NCBI GenBank assembly: GCA_036635835.1
Contig: JAVWPP010000001.1
Location: 132,890 to 196,889, forward strand
Source of the DNA: Clostridia bacterium
GTDB taxonomy: Bacteria; Bacillota; Clostridia; TANB77; CAG-465
Reading direction: 5' to 3'
Length of the DNA: 64,000 nt
Each line of letters opens with the position of its first letter. Position 1 is the first letter of the stretch. The notes under the pieces are model-generated. The model worked only from the letters and a program-made list of their open reading frames with translations, ran no database searches and was not told the origin of the DNA. The translations under genes and the position numbers were made by a program. This document shows positions 44,446 through 53,978 of the stretch, piece after piece.

Positions 44446-47400
44446 CTATATTTCTTTTTCGTCATATTCAAAATCTTCATTAAATTCTTCAACAATTTCA
44501 TGATCAATGATTTCATCTATTTCATCTTCTGTTCCCTCGAATTCTAATACTTCTGTCACTTCTGTAACATCCACAGAACTATCATCTTCTGAAGTTTTTA
44601 CTTGCATAGAACTTGAATCTATATCTTTTTCAGTAATTAATGTTGTTTCTTCCATAGGTACTACGAATGCATCACTATCATCAATATTTTCTTTTATTGC
44701 AATTTCTTCAGTATCATTAAATAATTTCATATCTAGTCCTAAACTTTGCATTTCTTTAATTAATACTCTAAATGATTCTGGTACTCCTGGTTCTGGTATG
44801 CTTTCGCCTTTTACGATAGCTTCATATGTTTTAAGTCTTCCAGCAACATCATCTGATTTTACTGTAAGCATTTCTTGTAATGTATACGCTGCTCCATATG
44901 CTTCTAAAGCCCAAACTTCCATTTCACCAAATCTTTGTCCACCAAATTGTGCTTTACCACCTAATGGTTGTTGTGTTACTAATGAGTAAGGTCCTATTGA
45001 ACGAGCATGTATTTTATCATCAACTAGATGATATAATTTTAACATGTACATATATCCAACTGTTACTGGACTATCAAACTGTTCACCACTTCTTCCATCA
45101 TGAACAATAAACTTACCTGTTTCATTTACACCTATTTTATTATATAACTCTGTTATATCTTTTTCTTTTGCTCCGTCAAATACTGGAGTAGATACTTTCC
45201 AATCTAGCATTTTTGCAACATATCCTAAGTTTACTTCTAGAATTTGTCCAAGGTTCATACGAGAAGGTATACCTAGTGGATTTAATACTATTTGTAAAGG
45301 TGTACCATCTGGTAAATAAGGCATGTCTTCTCTTGGTAATATTCTTGATATTACACCTTTATTACCATGACGTCCTGCGATTTTATCTCCGACAGATATT
45401 TTTCTTTTTTGTGCTATATATATTCTAACTGCTTTATGTACTCCTGGAGATAATTCTTCACAATTTTCTCTTGTAAATACTTTTACATCAACGATTACTC
45501 CTGATGCTCCGTGAGGTACTTTAAGAGATGTATCTCTTACTTCTCTTGCTTTCTCTCCAAATATAGCTCTTAAAAGTTTTTCTTCAGCAGTAAGTTCTGT
45601 TTCTCCTTTTGGTGTTACTTTACCAACAAGTATATCTCCAGGTCTTACTTCCGCTCCAATTCTTATTATTCCATTTTCATCAAGATCTTTTAAAGCATCA
45701 TCACCAACATTAGGTATTTCTCTTGTTATTTCTTCAGGTCCAAGTTTTGTGTCTCTTGCTTCACTTTCATAATCTTCAATATGAATTGATGTTAAAACAT
45801 CATCTCTTACTAAATCTTCTGAAATTAGGATGGCATCTTCATAGTTATACCCTTCCCAGTTCATGAATCCAACTAGAATATTTTTTCCTAATGCTAATTC
45901 ACCATTTTGTACTGATGGTCCATCTGCTAAAATATCGCCTACTTCAACAATCTGTCCTTTTAAAACAATTGGTTTTTGATTTAAACAAGATCCTTGATTT
46001 GAACGTTTATATTTTTTTAATGTAAATTCATCTTTACCAGCTTTATGTGTTACTACTATTTTATCTGCACTTACAAAAGTTACTGTACCAGCATGTTTAG
46101 CTAGTATATTTACTCCTGAATCTATTGAAGATTTATATTCTATTCCTGTTCCTACTATAGGAGATTCTGATCTTATTAATGGAACGGCTTGACGCTGCAT
46201 GTTTGCACCCATAAGAGCACGTTTTCCATCATCATTTTCAAGGAATGGTATCATTGCTGTAGCAACAGATACAAGCATTTTAGGTGAAACATCCATTAAG
46301 TTTACTTTTTCTTTTTCTATTTCGAATATTTCATTTTTAAATCTTGCTTTTACTTTTTTGTTTGTAAACTCATGATTTTCATTTAATGATTCATTTGCTT
46401 GTGCAACTATATATTTATCTTCTTCATCAGCAGTAATATATATAATCTCATCTGTTACTACTCCTGTTTCTTTGTCTACAATTCTATAAGGAGCTTCTAT
46501 AAATCCATATCTATTTATTTTTGCAAATGTAGATAATGAAGATATTAGTCCTATATTTGGTCCTTCTGGAGATTCAATTGGACATAATCTACCATAATGT
46601 GAGTGATGTACGTCACGTACTTCAAAACCTGCTCTATCTCTTGATAAACCACCAGGCCCAAGGGCAGATATTCTCCTTTTATGAGTTAATTCAGATAATG
46701 GATTGATTTGATCCATGAACTGAGATAATTGACTACTACCAAAAAACTCTTTTATTGCTCCAACTACAGGTTTGATGTTTATTAGTGTTTGTGGTGTTGC
46801 AGAATCTAAATCCTGTGTTGCCATTCTTTCTCTAACAACTCTCTCTAGTCTTGTTAATCCAATTCTAAATTGATTTTGTAAAAGCTCACCTACGCATCTT
46901 ACTCTTCTATTTCCTAGATGGTCGATATCTTCAACACTACCCATTCCATATTTAAAGTTTAATGTATAGTTAATTGATGCAATTATATCATCAACTGTTA
47001 CATGTTTTATTACTAGTTTTTCTCTATTTTCTCTTATTAATTCTCTTAGATCATCTTCTTTTAATTCAGAATTATTTTCTAAAAGTTCTTTAAGATTAGG
47101 TAAATATACATCTTCTTTTATTATATCTTTATCAATATCCATATTTAGATATTCAGATAAGTTAACAGCATTGTTACCAATAACTTTAACTTTTTTACCA
47201 TCTCTATTTACATATACAATATTTACTCCACTAGTTCTTATTGCTTTAGCTGTTTCTTCAGAAATTTTTTCGCCTGCAGATACAAATATTTCGCCTGTTT
47301 CAGCGTTTACTATATCTTCAGCAGCTATTTCATTAGTTATTCTTGTAGCTAAATTTAGTTTCTTATTGTATTTATATCTACCGACTCTAGATAAATCATA

Positions 47401-48186
47401 TCTTCTTGCGTCAAATAATAAGCCAAATAATAAACTTTTAGCAGCATCTACTAATAAAGGCTCACCTGGTCTTAATTTCTTATAGATTTCTATTAAAGCA
47501 TCATCTTGAGTTTTTGCTAAATCTTTTTGAAGTGTTCCTGCAATCATATCATCTTCGAACAAATCTAAAATTTCAGTATCAGTTGTTATTCCTAATGCTC
47601 TTATTAGAGTTGTTACTGGCACTTTTCTTGTTCTATCTACTCTTGCCCAAAACATATCTTGGATATCTGTTTCATATTCCAACCAAGTTCCCCTGTTTGG
47701 CATAACAGAAGCAGTATATAAATACTTACCTGTTTTGTCTATTTGTCTATCGAAATAAACACCTGGAGATCTAACAAGCTGACTTACAACAACCCTTTCA
47801 GCACCATTAATAATAAATGTACCGTTTTCAGTCATTAAAGGAAAATCACCCATAAATATCTCTTGTTCTTTAATTTCGCCAGTTTCTCTATTCATCAATC
47901 TTACTTTTACTTGTAATTTTGAAGAATATGATGCATTTCTTTCTTTTGCTTCTTCCATTGAATATTTAGTTGTATCCTCTAAATAATAATCAACGAATTC
48001 TAAAAGCAAATTACCTGAATAATCCGTTATTGGTGAAATATCAACAAATACATCTTTTAACCCTGATTTTAAAAACCACTCGTATGAATGCTTTTGAACA
48101 TCAATTAAATCTGGCATCTCCAATACTTCATCAATTTTTGAAAAGCTTTGTCTTACCGCTTTTCCGTTTCTCACTTCGTGAACCAA
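44446..48186 (-). CDS. rpoB: DNA-directed RNA polymerase subunit beta
   Basis: The 1246-aa ORF begins (M)[20 protein letters not shown]. It has a TTG start, with a G-rich RBS GGGGGG 6 nt upstream. Confidence 0.97.
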   Translation of the reverse strand: MVHEVRNGKAVRQSFSKIDEVLEMPDLIDVQKHSYEWFLKSGLKDVFVDISPITDYSGNLLLEFVDYYLEDTTKYSMEEAKERNASYSSKLQVKVRLMNRETGEIKEQEIFMGDFPLMTENGTFIINGAERVVVSQLVRSPGVYFDRQIDKTGKYLYTASVMPNRGTWLEYETDIQDMFWARVDRTRKVPVTTLIRALGITTDTEILDLFEDDMIAGTLQKDLAKTQDDALIEIYKKLRPGEPLLVDAAKSLLFGLLFDARRYDLSRVGRYKYNKKLNLATRITNEIAAEDIVNAETGEIFVSAGEKISEETAKAIRTSGVNIVYVNRDGKKVKVIGNNAVNLSEYLNMDIDKDIIKEDVYLPNLKELLENNSELKEDDLRELIRENREKLVIKHVTVDDIIASINYTLNFKYGMGSVEDIDHLGNRRVRCVGELLQNQFRIGLTRLERVVRERMATQDLDSATPQTLINIKPVVGAIKEFFGSSQLSQFMDQINPLSELTHKRRISALGPGGLSRDRAGFEVRDVHHSHYGRLCPIESPEGPNIGLISSLSTFAKINRYGFIEAPYRIVDKETGVVTDEIIYITADEEDKYIVAQANESLNENHEFTNKKVKARFKNEIFEIEKEKVNLMDVSPKMLVSVATAMIPFLENDDGKRALMGANMQRQAVPLIRSESPIVGTGIEYKSSIDSGVNILAKHAGTVTFVSADKIVVTHKAGKDEFTLKKYKRSNQGSCLNQKPIVLKGQIVEVGDILADGPSVQNGELALGKNILVGFMNWEGYNYEDAILISEDLVRDDVLTSIHIEDYESEARDTKLGPEEITREIPNVGDDALKDLDENGIIRIGAEVRPGDILVGKVTPKGETELTAEEKLLRAIFGEKAREVRDTSLKVPHGASGVIVDVKVFTRENCEELSPGVHKAVRIYIAQKRKISVGDKIAGRHGNKGVISRILPREDMPYLPDGTPLQIVLNPLGIPSRMNLGQILEVNLGYVAKMLDWKVSTPVFDGAKEKDITELYNKIGVNETGKFIVHDGRSGEQFDSPVTVGYMYMLKLYHLVDDKIHARSIGPYSLVTQQPLGGKAQFGGQRFGEMEVWALEAYGAAYTLQEMLTVKSDDVAGRLKTYEAIVKGESIPEPGVPESFRVLIKEMQSLGLDMKLFNDTEEIAIKENIDDSDAFVVPMEETTLITEKDIDSSSMQVKTSEDDSSVDVTEVTEVLEFEGTEDEIDEIIDHEIVEEFNEDFEYDEKEI

Positions 48187-48373
48187 TGCAATCCCCCCAT
48201 AAACTTAAATTCTATATAAAATGCAACAAAAAGCCAAATTGGTTCACATAATCTTAACCAACTTAACCTCCCTTATGCAATTTTTATCTAATCTAATACT
48301 AAATTTTTCAAATATTCTACCATCCTTTATATGAAATAGTTTTACGTCATTTCTTATAGACAATATTTAGGTC

Positions 48374-48402
48374 ATTATAGCATATATATATTTTGGTGTC
48401 AA
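48374..48402 (-). promoter_or_regulatory. consensus sigma-A promoter of rpoBC (TTGACA-17-TGcTATAAT)
   Basis: The minus strand reads TTGACAccaaaatatatatatgcTATAAT, about 190 nt upstream of the rpoB start. Confidence 0.6.
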
Positions 48403-48611
48403 TAGTTTTTTTGTTTTTTAGATGTTTTTTTGCTGTACTTTGACAAATATTTTTTTACTGTAACATTTTTTACATTTGTTATGTAAAAAATACGTGTTTT
48501 ATTCCCTTTAAATAATTTATAGAGCCCTTTAAAATATAATGGCTATAAGTATATTTTTATAAATTGATAACTCTATTTATTTAAATACCGATTTCTTATT
48601 AAAATTTGCAT

Positions 48612-48634
48612 AAAAAAAAACACCTTTCGGTGTT
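48612..48634 (-). terminator. rho-independent terminator after the zinc-ribbon gene
   Basis: The hairpin AACACC-gaaa-GGTGTT is followed by T9 on the minus strand. Confidence 0.5.
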
Positions 48635-48641
48635 CGTTATC

Positions 48642-48794
48642 TTAACGTCTGTTTTGTTGTTTTCTTGCTTGTCTACATTCTTTGCATCTAACTGGATCAT
48701 TATCAAACCCTTTTTCTTGGTAGAATTCTTGTTCAGCTACTGTGAATATAAATTCTTTTCCGCAATCTTTGCATGTTATAGTTTTATCTTGCAT
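48642..48794 (-). CDS. 50-aa zinc-ribbon protein (two CxxC pairs), absent from the ORF track
   Basis: Reverse-strand translation gives MQDKTITCKDCGKEFIFTVAEQEFYQEKGFDNDPVRCKECRQARKQQNRR. The RBS AGGAGGG lies 8 nt upstream. The gene has its own terminator. It resembles a widespread small CxxC-(17-27)-CxxC zinc-ribbon family. Confidence 0.6.
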   Translation of the reverse strand: MQDKTITCKDCGKEFIFTVAEQEFYQEKGFDNDPVRCKECRQARKQQNRR

Positions 48795-48948
48795 TTTTAA
48801 ACCCTCCTATTCTTGAGTATATAAAATTGTTTAATAGTGATTAAGGTTAAAAAGGCAATTTTTCTTACTAGATTAACTTAAATTATAAATATAAACATTT
48901 TTATTACCCTTATTATATATCATAACTTCTATTAATACAAGTCTTTTT

Positions 48949-49476
48949 TCAAATTTTAATGAATATTTGCGTTTTTATTAATATAATCGCCAATGTTATG
49001 GCTATAATGTTAACAATTATAGCTACTTTTAAGGTTCCTCTTATGTTTTTCACATTAGTTACACTATAATATACACTAATTGTATAAAACGTTGTTTCCG
49101 TTATACTCATAATAATAGAAGCCATTATACCTTCTAAAGAATCTGGGCCTTTGTTTTGGAAAATATCCATAACTATGCTAGTTGAGCCCGATCCTGAAAA
49201 TGGTTTCATTATTATAAGAGGAATTAAATCAATAGGAATGATATTTTTTACTATTTTAATAACTGGACTGAAAATTATTGCTAATGCACCACTTTGATTA
49301 AATAAATTGATCACTATTAATGTAGCCATCATACTCGGTAAAATTTTATATACTGTTTTTAAACCTTCTTTGATTCCGGATGTGAATAGTTCAAACGTAT
49401 TTTTTTTTTCTTTTTCTGAATAAATAATAATATAAAGAACAAAAAGCGGAATAATTAAATTTAAAATATAATTCAT
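48949..49476 (-). CDS. spmB: spore maturation protein B
   Basis: The 175-aa ORF contains ...PFSGSGSTSIVMDIFQNKGPDSLEGIMASIIMSITETTFYTISVYY..., which parallels B. subtilis SpmB (RPLSGSGALGVMADLISTHGPDSFIGRLAATMYGSTETTFYVLAVYF). Confidence 0.8.
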   Translation of the reverse strand: MNYILNLIIPLFVLYIIIYSEKEKKNTFELFTSGIKEGLKTVYKILPSMMATLIVINLFNQSGALAIIFSPVIKIVKNIIPIDLIPLIIMKPFSGSGSTSIVMDIFQNKGPDSLEGIMASIIMSITETTFYTISVYYSVTNVKNIRGTLKVAIIVNIIAITLAIILIKTQIFIKI

Positions 49477-49477
49477 T

Positions 49478-50059
49478 TTAATTTACCTTCCTGTTAATAT
49501 AATTAATTATTAGCAAGCCAATTATAAGTGATGTTATACTTATTACGATTATAGGTACTAATACTATGTTTGGATTTTTGCTGTCAAAAAAAGTTCTAAG
49601 TGATATTATAGAAACAGGTATTAGTTGTAAGGATATTGTATTTAAAAAAACAAATTTTGTCATTAGATTACTTGCTTTCTCACTTTTATTATTTTTTAAA
49701 TTAAAATTTTCCATTACATTAAGTCCACTTACTGTTCCTGCATTTCCTATACCTATTACATTAGATAAAATATTTACTGATAAGTTTTCATAGTCTTTTT
49801 CTTCTAAGTAATCTTTTTCTTGCTTAAAAATAATTTTTATAATTGGTTTTATTGCATTCTTTAATATATTTATTATTTTTGTTTGTCTTAATATGTTAAA
49901 TATACCATTCCAAAAGCATATACTTCCTATTAGTATTATTATATTTTTACTTATACCTTCTATTGATGTCATAACTAGTGGCATCATTTTCTGAGGATTT
50001 CCTGAATACATTAAATATAAAATACTTATTATGAACATATAGGACCATACTTTTGACAT
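49478..50059 (-). CDS. spmA: spore maturation protein A (nucleoside-recognition domain)
   Basis: The ORF contains NILSNVIGIGNAGTVSGLNVMENF, which parallels B. subtilis SpmA (NISANLLGLGNAATPFGLKAMEEL). The start is placed at MSKVWSY (RBS GGTGA), not at the ORF-track start 50104. Confidence 0.75.
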   Translation of the reverse strand: MSKVWSYMFIISILYLMYSGNPQKMMPLVMTSIEGISKNIIILIGSICFWNGIFNILRQTKIINILKNAIKPIIKIIFKQEKDYLEEKDYENLSVNILSNVIGIGNAGTVSGLNVMENFNLKNNKSEKASNLMTKFVFLNTISLQLIPVSIISLRTFFDSKNPNIVLVPIIVISITSLIIGLLIINYINRKVN

Positions 50060-50159
50060 TAGATCACCTATAACAATATATTTGTTTTTACGATATTTAT
50101 TCATTATATTGAATATTTATATCTTTTTAAAGTATAATAGGTTTAACGGGGGTGAAAAC

Positions 50160-50336
50160 ATGAAAGGTTTTAGACTTAATCCAGATAAAGACTATGTAGT
50201 AAAAATAGTTGATGGTATATATAGAAAAGATGGACACTGCCCATGTAGGGTAAACGCTGATGATACTACATTATGTCCATGTGATGAATTTGTAGGATCT
50301 GGTATATGTAAATGTAATTTATTTATAAAAGAATAA
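50160..50336 (+). CDS. ferredoxin-thioredoxin reductase catalytic-subunit-like small Cys protein
   Basis: The ORF reads MKGFRLNPDKDYVVKIVDGIYRKDGHCPCRVNADDTTLCPCDEFVGSGICKCNLFIKE. It parallels the FTR catalytic core (HLNPDK...GYCPCR...ICPC...GHCHCMLY) but has CKC in place of CHC. The RBS GGGGGTG lies 5 nt upstream. Confidence 0.55.
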   Translation: MKGFRLNPDKDYVVKIVDGIYRKDGHCPCRVNADDTTLCPCDEFVGSGICKCNLFIKE

Positions 50337-50361
50337 TTGCTTTATATAGTTTTTACAAAAT

Positions 50362-50397
50362 AAAAAAGCTTTAAGAGTATTTCTTAAAGCTTTTTTT
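50362..50397. terminator. bidirectional terminator
   Basis: The hairpin AAGCTTTAAG-agtattt-CTTAAAGCTT has a 10-bp stem flanked by A-run and T-run. It serves both the FTR-like gene and tRNA-Arg(CCT). Confidence 0.55.
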
Positions 50398-50472
50398 GGT
50401 GCTCCCGAGACGAATCGAACGTCCGACCAATAACTTAGGAGGTTACTGCTCTATCCCCTGAGCTACGGAAGC
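50397..50472 (-). tRNA. tRNA-Arg (anticodon CCT)
   Basis: The reverse complement GCTTCCGTAGCTCAGGGGATAGAGCAGTAACCTCCTAAGTTATTGGTCGGACGTTCGATTCGTCTCGGGAGCACCA folds as a cloverleaf. The anticodon loop is CU-CCU-AA and the 3' CCA is encoded. Confidence 0.9.
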
Positions 50473-50480
50473 ATAAATTC

Positions 50481-50509
50481 ATTATATCAAAATTACTGTG
50501 AAATTTCAA
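50481..50509 (-). promoter_or_regulatory. consensus promoter of tRNA-Arg(CCT) (TTGAAA-17-TATAAT)
   Basis: The minus strand reads TTGAAAtttcacagtaattttgaTATAAT. It ends 8 nt before the tRNA 5' end. Confidence 0.6.
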
Positions 50510-50517
50510 TGAAAATA

Positions 50518-50546
50518 TTGATTATTTTATTTTTGTCGTGTATAAT
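50518..50546 (+). promoter_or_regulatory. consensus promoter of tRNA-Arg(ACG) (TTGATT-17-TATAAT)
   Basis: The sequence TTGATTattttatttttgtcgtgTATAAT lies 9 nt upstream of the tRNA. It sits back-to-back with the divergent tRNA-Arg(CCT) promoter. Confidence 0.6.
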
Positions 50547-50555
50547 GTAGTTATT

Positions 50556-50632
50556 GCACCTATAGCTCAATTGGATAGAGCATTCGGCTACGAACCGGAA
50601 GGTTGGGGGTTCGACCCCCTCTAGGTGCACCA
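50556..50632 (+). tRNA. tRNA-Arg (anticodon ACG)
   Basis: The sequence GCACCTATAGCTCAATTGGATAGAGCATTCGGCTACGAACCGGAAGGTTGGGGGTTCGACCCCCTCTAGGTGCACCA forms a cloverleaf. The anticodon loop is CU-ACG-AA and CCA is encoded. Confidence 0.9.
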
Positions 50633-50638
50633 AATACA

Positions 50639-50679
50639 AACAACTGTAGATAAATAGCTCTACAGTTGTTTTGTTTTTT
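50639..50679. terminator. terminator after tRNA-Arg(ACG), adjacent to the tadA stop
   Basis: The hairpin AACAACTGTAG-(10 nt)-CTACAGTTGTT has an 11-bp stem followed by TTGTTTTTT. Confidence 0.6.
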
Positions 50680-50686
50680 ACTATGC

Positions 50687-51163
50687 TTAGTTGTCTTTTT
50701 CATTTTTTTTCTTTTCCCTTAGTTTCATGAAGAATTCTTTGATTATTCTACTACATATTTCATTTTCTATACCACCTTCATATTCTACCTTGTGGCAAAA
50801 ATCTAGGTCTTGCACATTCGTAATTGATTCTATTACGCCTGCTTTAGAATCTGTAGCACCATAATAAACTTTTTTTATTCTAGCTTGCATTATTGTTCCT
50901 GCACACATTAGGCAAGGTTCTAATGTTACATATAACTCACAACCATCTAGTCTCCATGAATTCATTTTTTTTGAAGCTTTTTGTATTGCTAGCAATTCGG
51001 CGTGTGCTGTACATTGCTGATTGTTTTCTCTTTTATTAAATGCTTTTGCTATAATTTCATTGTCTTTTACTATTATAGCACCGACTGGCACTTCATTTAT
51101 TTCATATGCTTTTTTTGCTTCCTCAAAAGCTTTTTTCATATAATAACTTTTATCTTTATTCAT
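50687..51163 (-). CDS. tadA: tRNA-specific adenosine-34 deaminase
   Basis: The 158-aa ORF contains the CDA-fold zinc motifs CTAHAELLAI (HAE) and LEPCLMCAG (PCxxC). Confidence 0.85.
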   Translation of the reverse strand: MNKDKSYYMKKAFEEAKKAYEINEVPVGAIIVKDNEIIAKAFNKRENNQQCTAHAELLAIQKASKKMNSWRLDGCELYVTLEPCLMCAGTIMQARIKKVYYGATDSKAGVIESITNVQDLDFCHKVEYEGGIENEICSRIIKEFFMKLREKKKNEKDN

Positions 51164-51857
51164 TTGATTCGCTCCTAAAATACTCTTGTATTCCCATAAA
51201 AATGCCCCATGCTATTTTATTTTGATATTCATTTTCCTTTAATAATATACTTTCTTCATTATTTGATATAAATCCGCATTCTACCACAACAGATGGTATT
51301 TCAGAATTATCTATTAAATATATATCCTTTATAACTCTTGGTATTCTATTATTTTCTTTATTCATATTTTTATTTATATATTCTTGTATGTCTTCTGCAA
51401 TTTTTTTGCTTTTAATCGACCCTGTCTTATAAAAGGTTTGCCATCCACTATATTTAGGATCCGTAAACTTGTTGAGATGGATAGATACTAGAAGATCCGC
51501 GTTGCTGCTATTAGTTATATCTACTCGGTTATATATATCCGAAATTTTTTTTTGCTTTATACTTGCTTTTTCATCATTGTATATTGCTTTTTCGTCTGAT
51601 CTTGTTATAACTACTATAGATCCATTTTGCTCTAGCAACTTCTGTATTTTTAATACTATCTCCAAATTTATTTTTTGTTCTGTTGTTCCTCTAAAGCCTA
51701 CCGCACCTTCATCAGGTATACCATGCCCTGCATCTAATACTATGACTTTGCCAGTTGATGGAGTAGATATCACTTCAGTTACATTATTATTTTTTTGACC
51801 TAGTAAAATTGTTACTATACACATAAATAATATACATACTATAAATTTACGTTTCAT
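51156..51857 (-). CDS. cwlD: N-acetylmuramoyl-L-alanine amidase, CwlD-like (amidase_3)
   Basis: The 233-aa ORF has a signal/TM helix followed by VIVLDAGHGIPDEGAVG...EIVLKIQKLL...VSIHLN, an amidase_3 catalytic core. The single-domain size matches the sporulation amidase CwlD. It overlaps tadA by 8 nt. Confidence 0.7.
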   Translation of the reverse strand: MKRKFIVCILFMCIVTILLGQKNNNVTEVISTPSTGKVIVLDAGHGIPDEGAVGFRGTTEQKINLEIVLKIQKLLEQNGSIVVITRSDEKAIYNDEKASIKQKKISDIYNRVDITNSSNADLLVSIHLNKFTDPKYSGWQTFYKTGSIKSKKIAEDIQEYINKNMNKENNRIPRVIKDIYLIDNSEIPSVVVECGFISNNEESILLKENEYQNKIAWGIFMGIQEYFRSESNE

Positions 51858-51879
51858 TATATCACCAATAGATTATATG

Positions 51880-52788
51880 TTACTGAATTACGTTTATTGC
51901 TAATATTTCGCTATTTGCTTTTAAAAGTTCAATTGTTTTAGAATACGCTTCATATGCGTTAATATTTTTATCTATTGTTTCGATTACAATACTATTATTA
52001 TAATCATATTTTTTTAGTAATTTAACAAATTCGACTAGCTCTTCTTTATTATTATCATTAAATCCTAATCCGTGATCTGATAAAATTCCAAATTCTTCAC
52101 ATGTTGCTAAGTGAATATGCTTTAACACACTTTGTTGATTTGCAAAAAAATCTTCTAACTTTTTATATTTACCACTAGATGTTTTTGAATTATATTTAAT
52201 AGTTGCTAGCGCATGACAAATGTCTAAGGTTGTGCCTATATTGGGTAACTTTAATGTTTTTATAAGATTTACTACATCATCTTCATAACCTATCGCTTGG
52301 CAATCTTTTATATTTCCTTTATAATTTATTAATTTCATATGGTTTTCTATGCATACAATTACATCATTGTATTTTTCTGCATATCTTGATAAATGTATAA
52401 TATCTTCTTTAACAGTTTTAAGTATGTTTTCTTTATTTTTATTTTCTTCTTTTATGTCTGCAATATGCACTACAACTATTTTAGGGTATTGCATAATATA
52501 CTTTTCTGCAAGTTCAATACTTTGCTCCACTAATTTTAAACCCTGCCTGCAATCCTTATTACCTACACCTACATTTTTATTATCTAATGTAATCATTGGC
52601 GAATGTATTGAAACAACATTCATTCTTTTTTCTTCTATATATTTAAAAAAACTATCGTAATTGAAATCACCACTGAAGTATTTTGGTATTGTATGTATCT
52701 CAAGATTTCTAGAACCTCTATTATATCTATCGTTTATTTGTTCTATGTTTAGCGCTGCTTTTGCTGCAAAAATTCTATTAAAACTCAT
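51880..52788 (-). CDS. xylose-isomerase-like TIM-barrel protein (sugar-phosphate isomerase/epimerase family)
   Basis: The 302-aa ORF has motifs consistent with the AP-endonuclease-2/xylose-isomerase-like fold (VVHIADI, IENH, LDICHA, HLATCEEFG). Confidence 0.45.
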   Translation of the reverse strand: MSFNRIFAAKAALNIEQINDRYNRGSRNLEIHTIPKYFSGDFNYDSFFKYIEEKRMNVVSIHSPMITLDNKNVGVGNKDCRQGLKLVEQSIELAEKYIMQYPKIVVVHIADIKEENKNKENILKTVKEDIIHLSRYAEKYNDVIVCIENHMKLINYKGNIKDCQAIGYEDDVVNLIKTLKLPNIGTTLDICHALATIKYNSKTSSGKYKKLEDFFANQQSVLKHIHLATCEEFGILSDHGLGFNDNNKEELVEFVKLLKKYDYNNSIVIETIDKNINAYEAYSKTIELLKANSEILAINVIQ

Positions 52789-53119
52789 TAATTTCTCTTA
52801 CTCCTTCAGCAAGAATCTTTTGCATATCTGCTAGCATTATATCTATTTTGATTTCAGTATCTAAAAACTCTTTGATTTCTTCGTCTTTAATAATTATATT
52901 AAATAATTTTTCCATTTCTTTTTTCTTTGAATCTTCTAATACTCCATTATTTTTTATGTACTCCATTTGAATAGTTTTTTGTTTGTTTTTAAAATCTTCT
53001 AATATTTTAGATTTTAGCTTATCTTCCTTTATCTTTAATTTTAAGCTAATATATTTTTTGTATTCTGTAGTTTGATGAAATGCAAAAATCATTTCATGTA
53101 TTTTGTCATAAAAATTCAT
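52778..53119 (-). CDS. YlbF/YmcA (RicF/RicA)-family regulator-like protein
   Basis: The 113-aa ORF reads MNFYDKIHEMIFAFHQTTEYKKYISLKLKIKEDKLKSKILEDFKNKQKTIQ.... Its spacing of helices and conserved positions is YlbF/YmcA-like. It overlaps the downstream gene by 11 nt. Confidence 0.45.
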   Translation of the reverse strand: MNFYDKIHEMIFAFHQTTEYKKYISLKLKIKEDKLKSKILEDFKNKQKTIQMEYIKNNGVLEDSKKKEMEKLFNIIIKDEEIKEFLDTEIKIDIMLADMQKILAEGVREINEF

Positions 53120-53256
53120 ATTATCATTCTTCTTTCTCTTATAATAGCTATAGTTTACTACATTAGGCGTACCTTGTCAATAATTTTAACTATAATGACA
53201 GCCTTTCTATTATACGATTTTTCAAAGAAATGAATTAAATTTATTTGTTTTTATTT

Positions 53257-53976
53257 TCACATACTTTTACATATATTAAATTCTGTTTTAGATAAAAATG
53301 CTTCTTTTTCGTTGCACAATTTCGTTATGTTTTGTATAATACCATTTTCTATTTTGCAATTACTATCATTTCTTACGTTTCCAATATTTTTATTAAGCTC
53401 ATCAGATATTTCATTTATTTTTTCCATATCCTTTTCTTTGTATGCATCGTACCATGAATTACATTTTTCAATAAATCTATCTGCTTTATTTTCAAATCTG
53501 TCAACTGAATTATCTATTTTCTCCATAAATTTATTACCTAATACATAGTTTTTTAGTCTATCGTAAAAAACATATACATAGTCTCCTACTATTCTATGAT
53601 CTAGCGTTTCGCTTTGATTGCAATCTATTATTCCTTGTATTGCAAATGGTAATCCACCATCTTTATATATTTGTTTAGCATCTCCTAAGCTCTTAATGTC
53701 ACTTTCCTTCATACCTAACATTTGTAAACCCTCTTCTATGCTACTGTTTACCGCTACTTTAACTAAGTTTTTAAAACCGTCTTTTAAAAAGCTGCCTTTT
53801 ATATCTGTTAATATATTTTTAAACTGCTCTGGTATTGGCATAGATTTTATTACGTAATCTGCTCCTCTATCTACAGTTTTTAAAACTATACTTGATAATT
53901 CTTTTTTTCCTGAGTCTAAATCGAAATTAGATGGTATTTTACCTGCATCTAATGTGTCGTCAATTAATTTAATCAT
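53257..53976 (-). CDS. hypothetical soluble protein (239 aa), last gene of the AT-rich secretion-like operon
   Basis: No TM helices and no recognisable family. The gene begins 2 nt after the TadB-like gene's stop. Confidence 0.3.
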   Translation of the reverse strand: MIKLIDDTLDAGKIPSNFDLDSGKKELSSIVLKTVDRGADYVIKSMPIPEQFKNILTDIKGSFLKDGFKNLVKVAVNSSIEEGLQMLGMKESDIKSLGDAKQIYKDGGLPFAIQGIIDCNQSETLDHRIVGDYVYVFYDRLKNYVLGNKFMEKIDNSVDRFENKADRFIEKCNSWYDAYKEKDMEKINEISDELNKNIGNVRNDSNCKIENGIIQNITKLCNEKEAFLSKTEFNICKSM

Positions 53977-53978
53977 TT

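Noticed and set aside
42400-45428. Plus-strand ORFs (174, 160, 76 and 71 aa) inside rpoC and rpoB
   Set aside because: They are antisense to essential, clearly identified genes, with Ser/Thr/Ile-rich shadow composition.
48606-48800. 64-aa plus-strand ORF from the ORF track
   Set aside because: It is antisense to the better-supported 50-aa zinc-ribbon gene, which has an RBS, CxxC pairs and a terminator. The product is hydrophobic low-complexity with no RBS.
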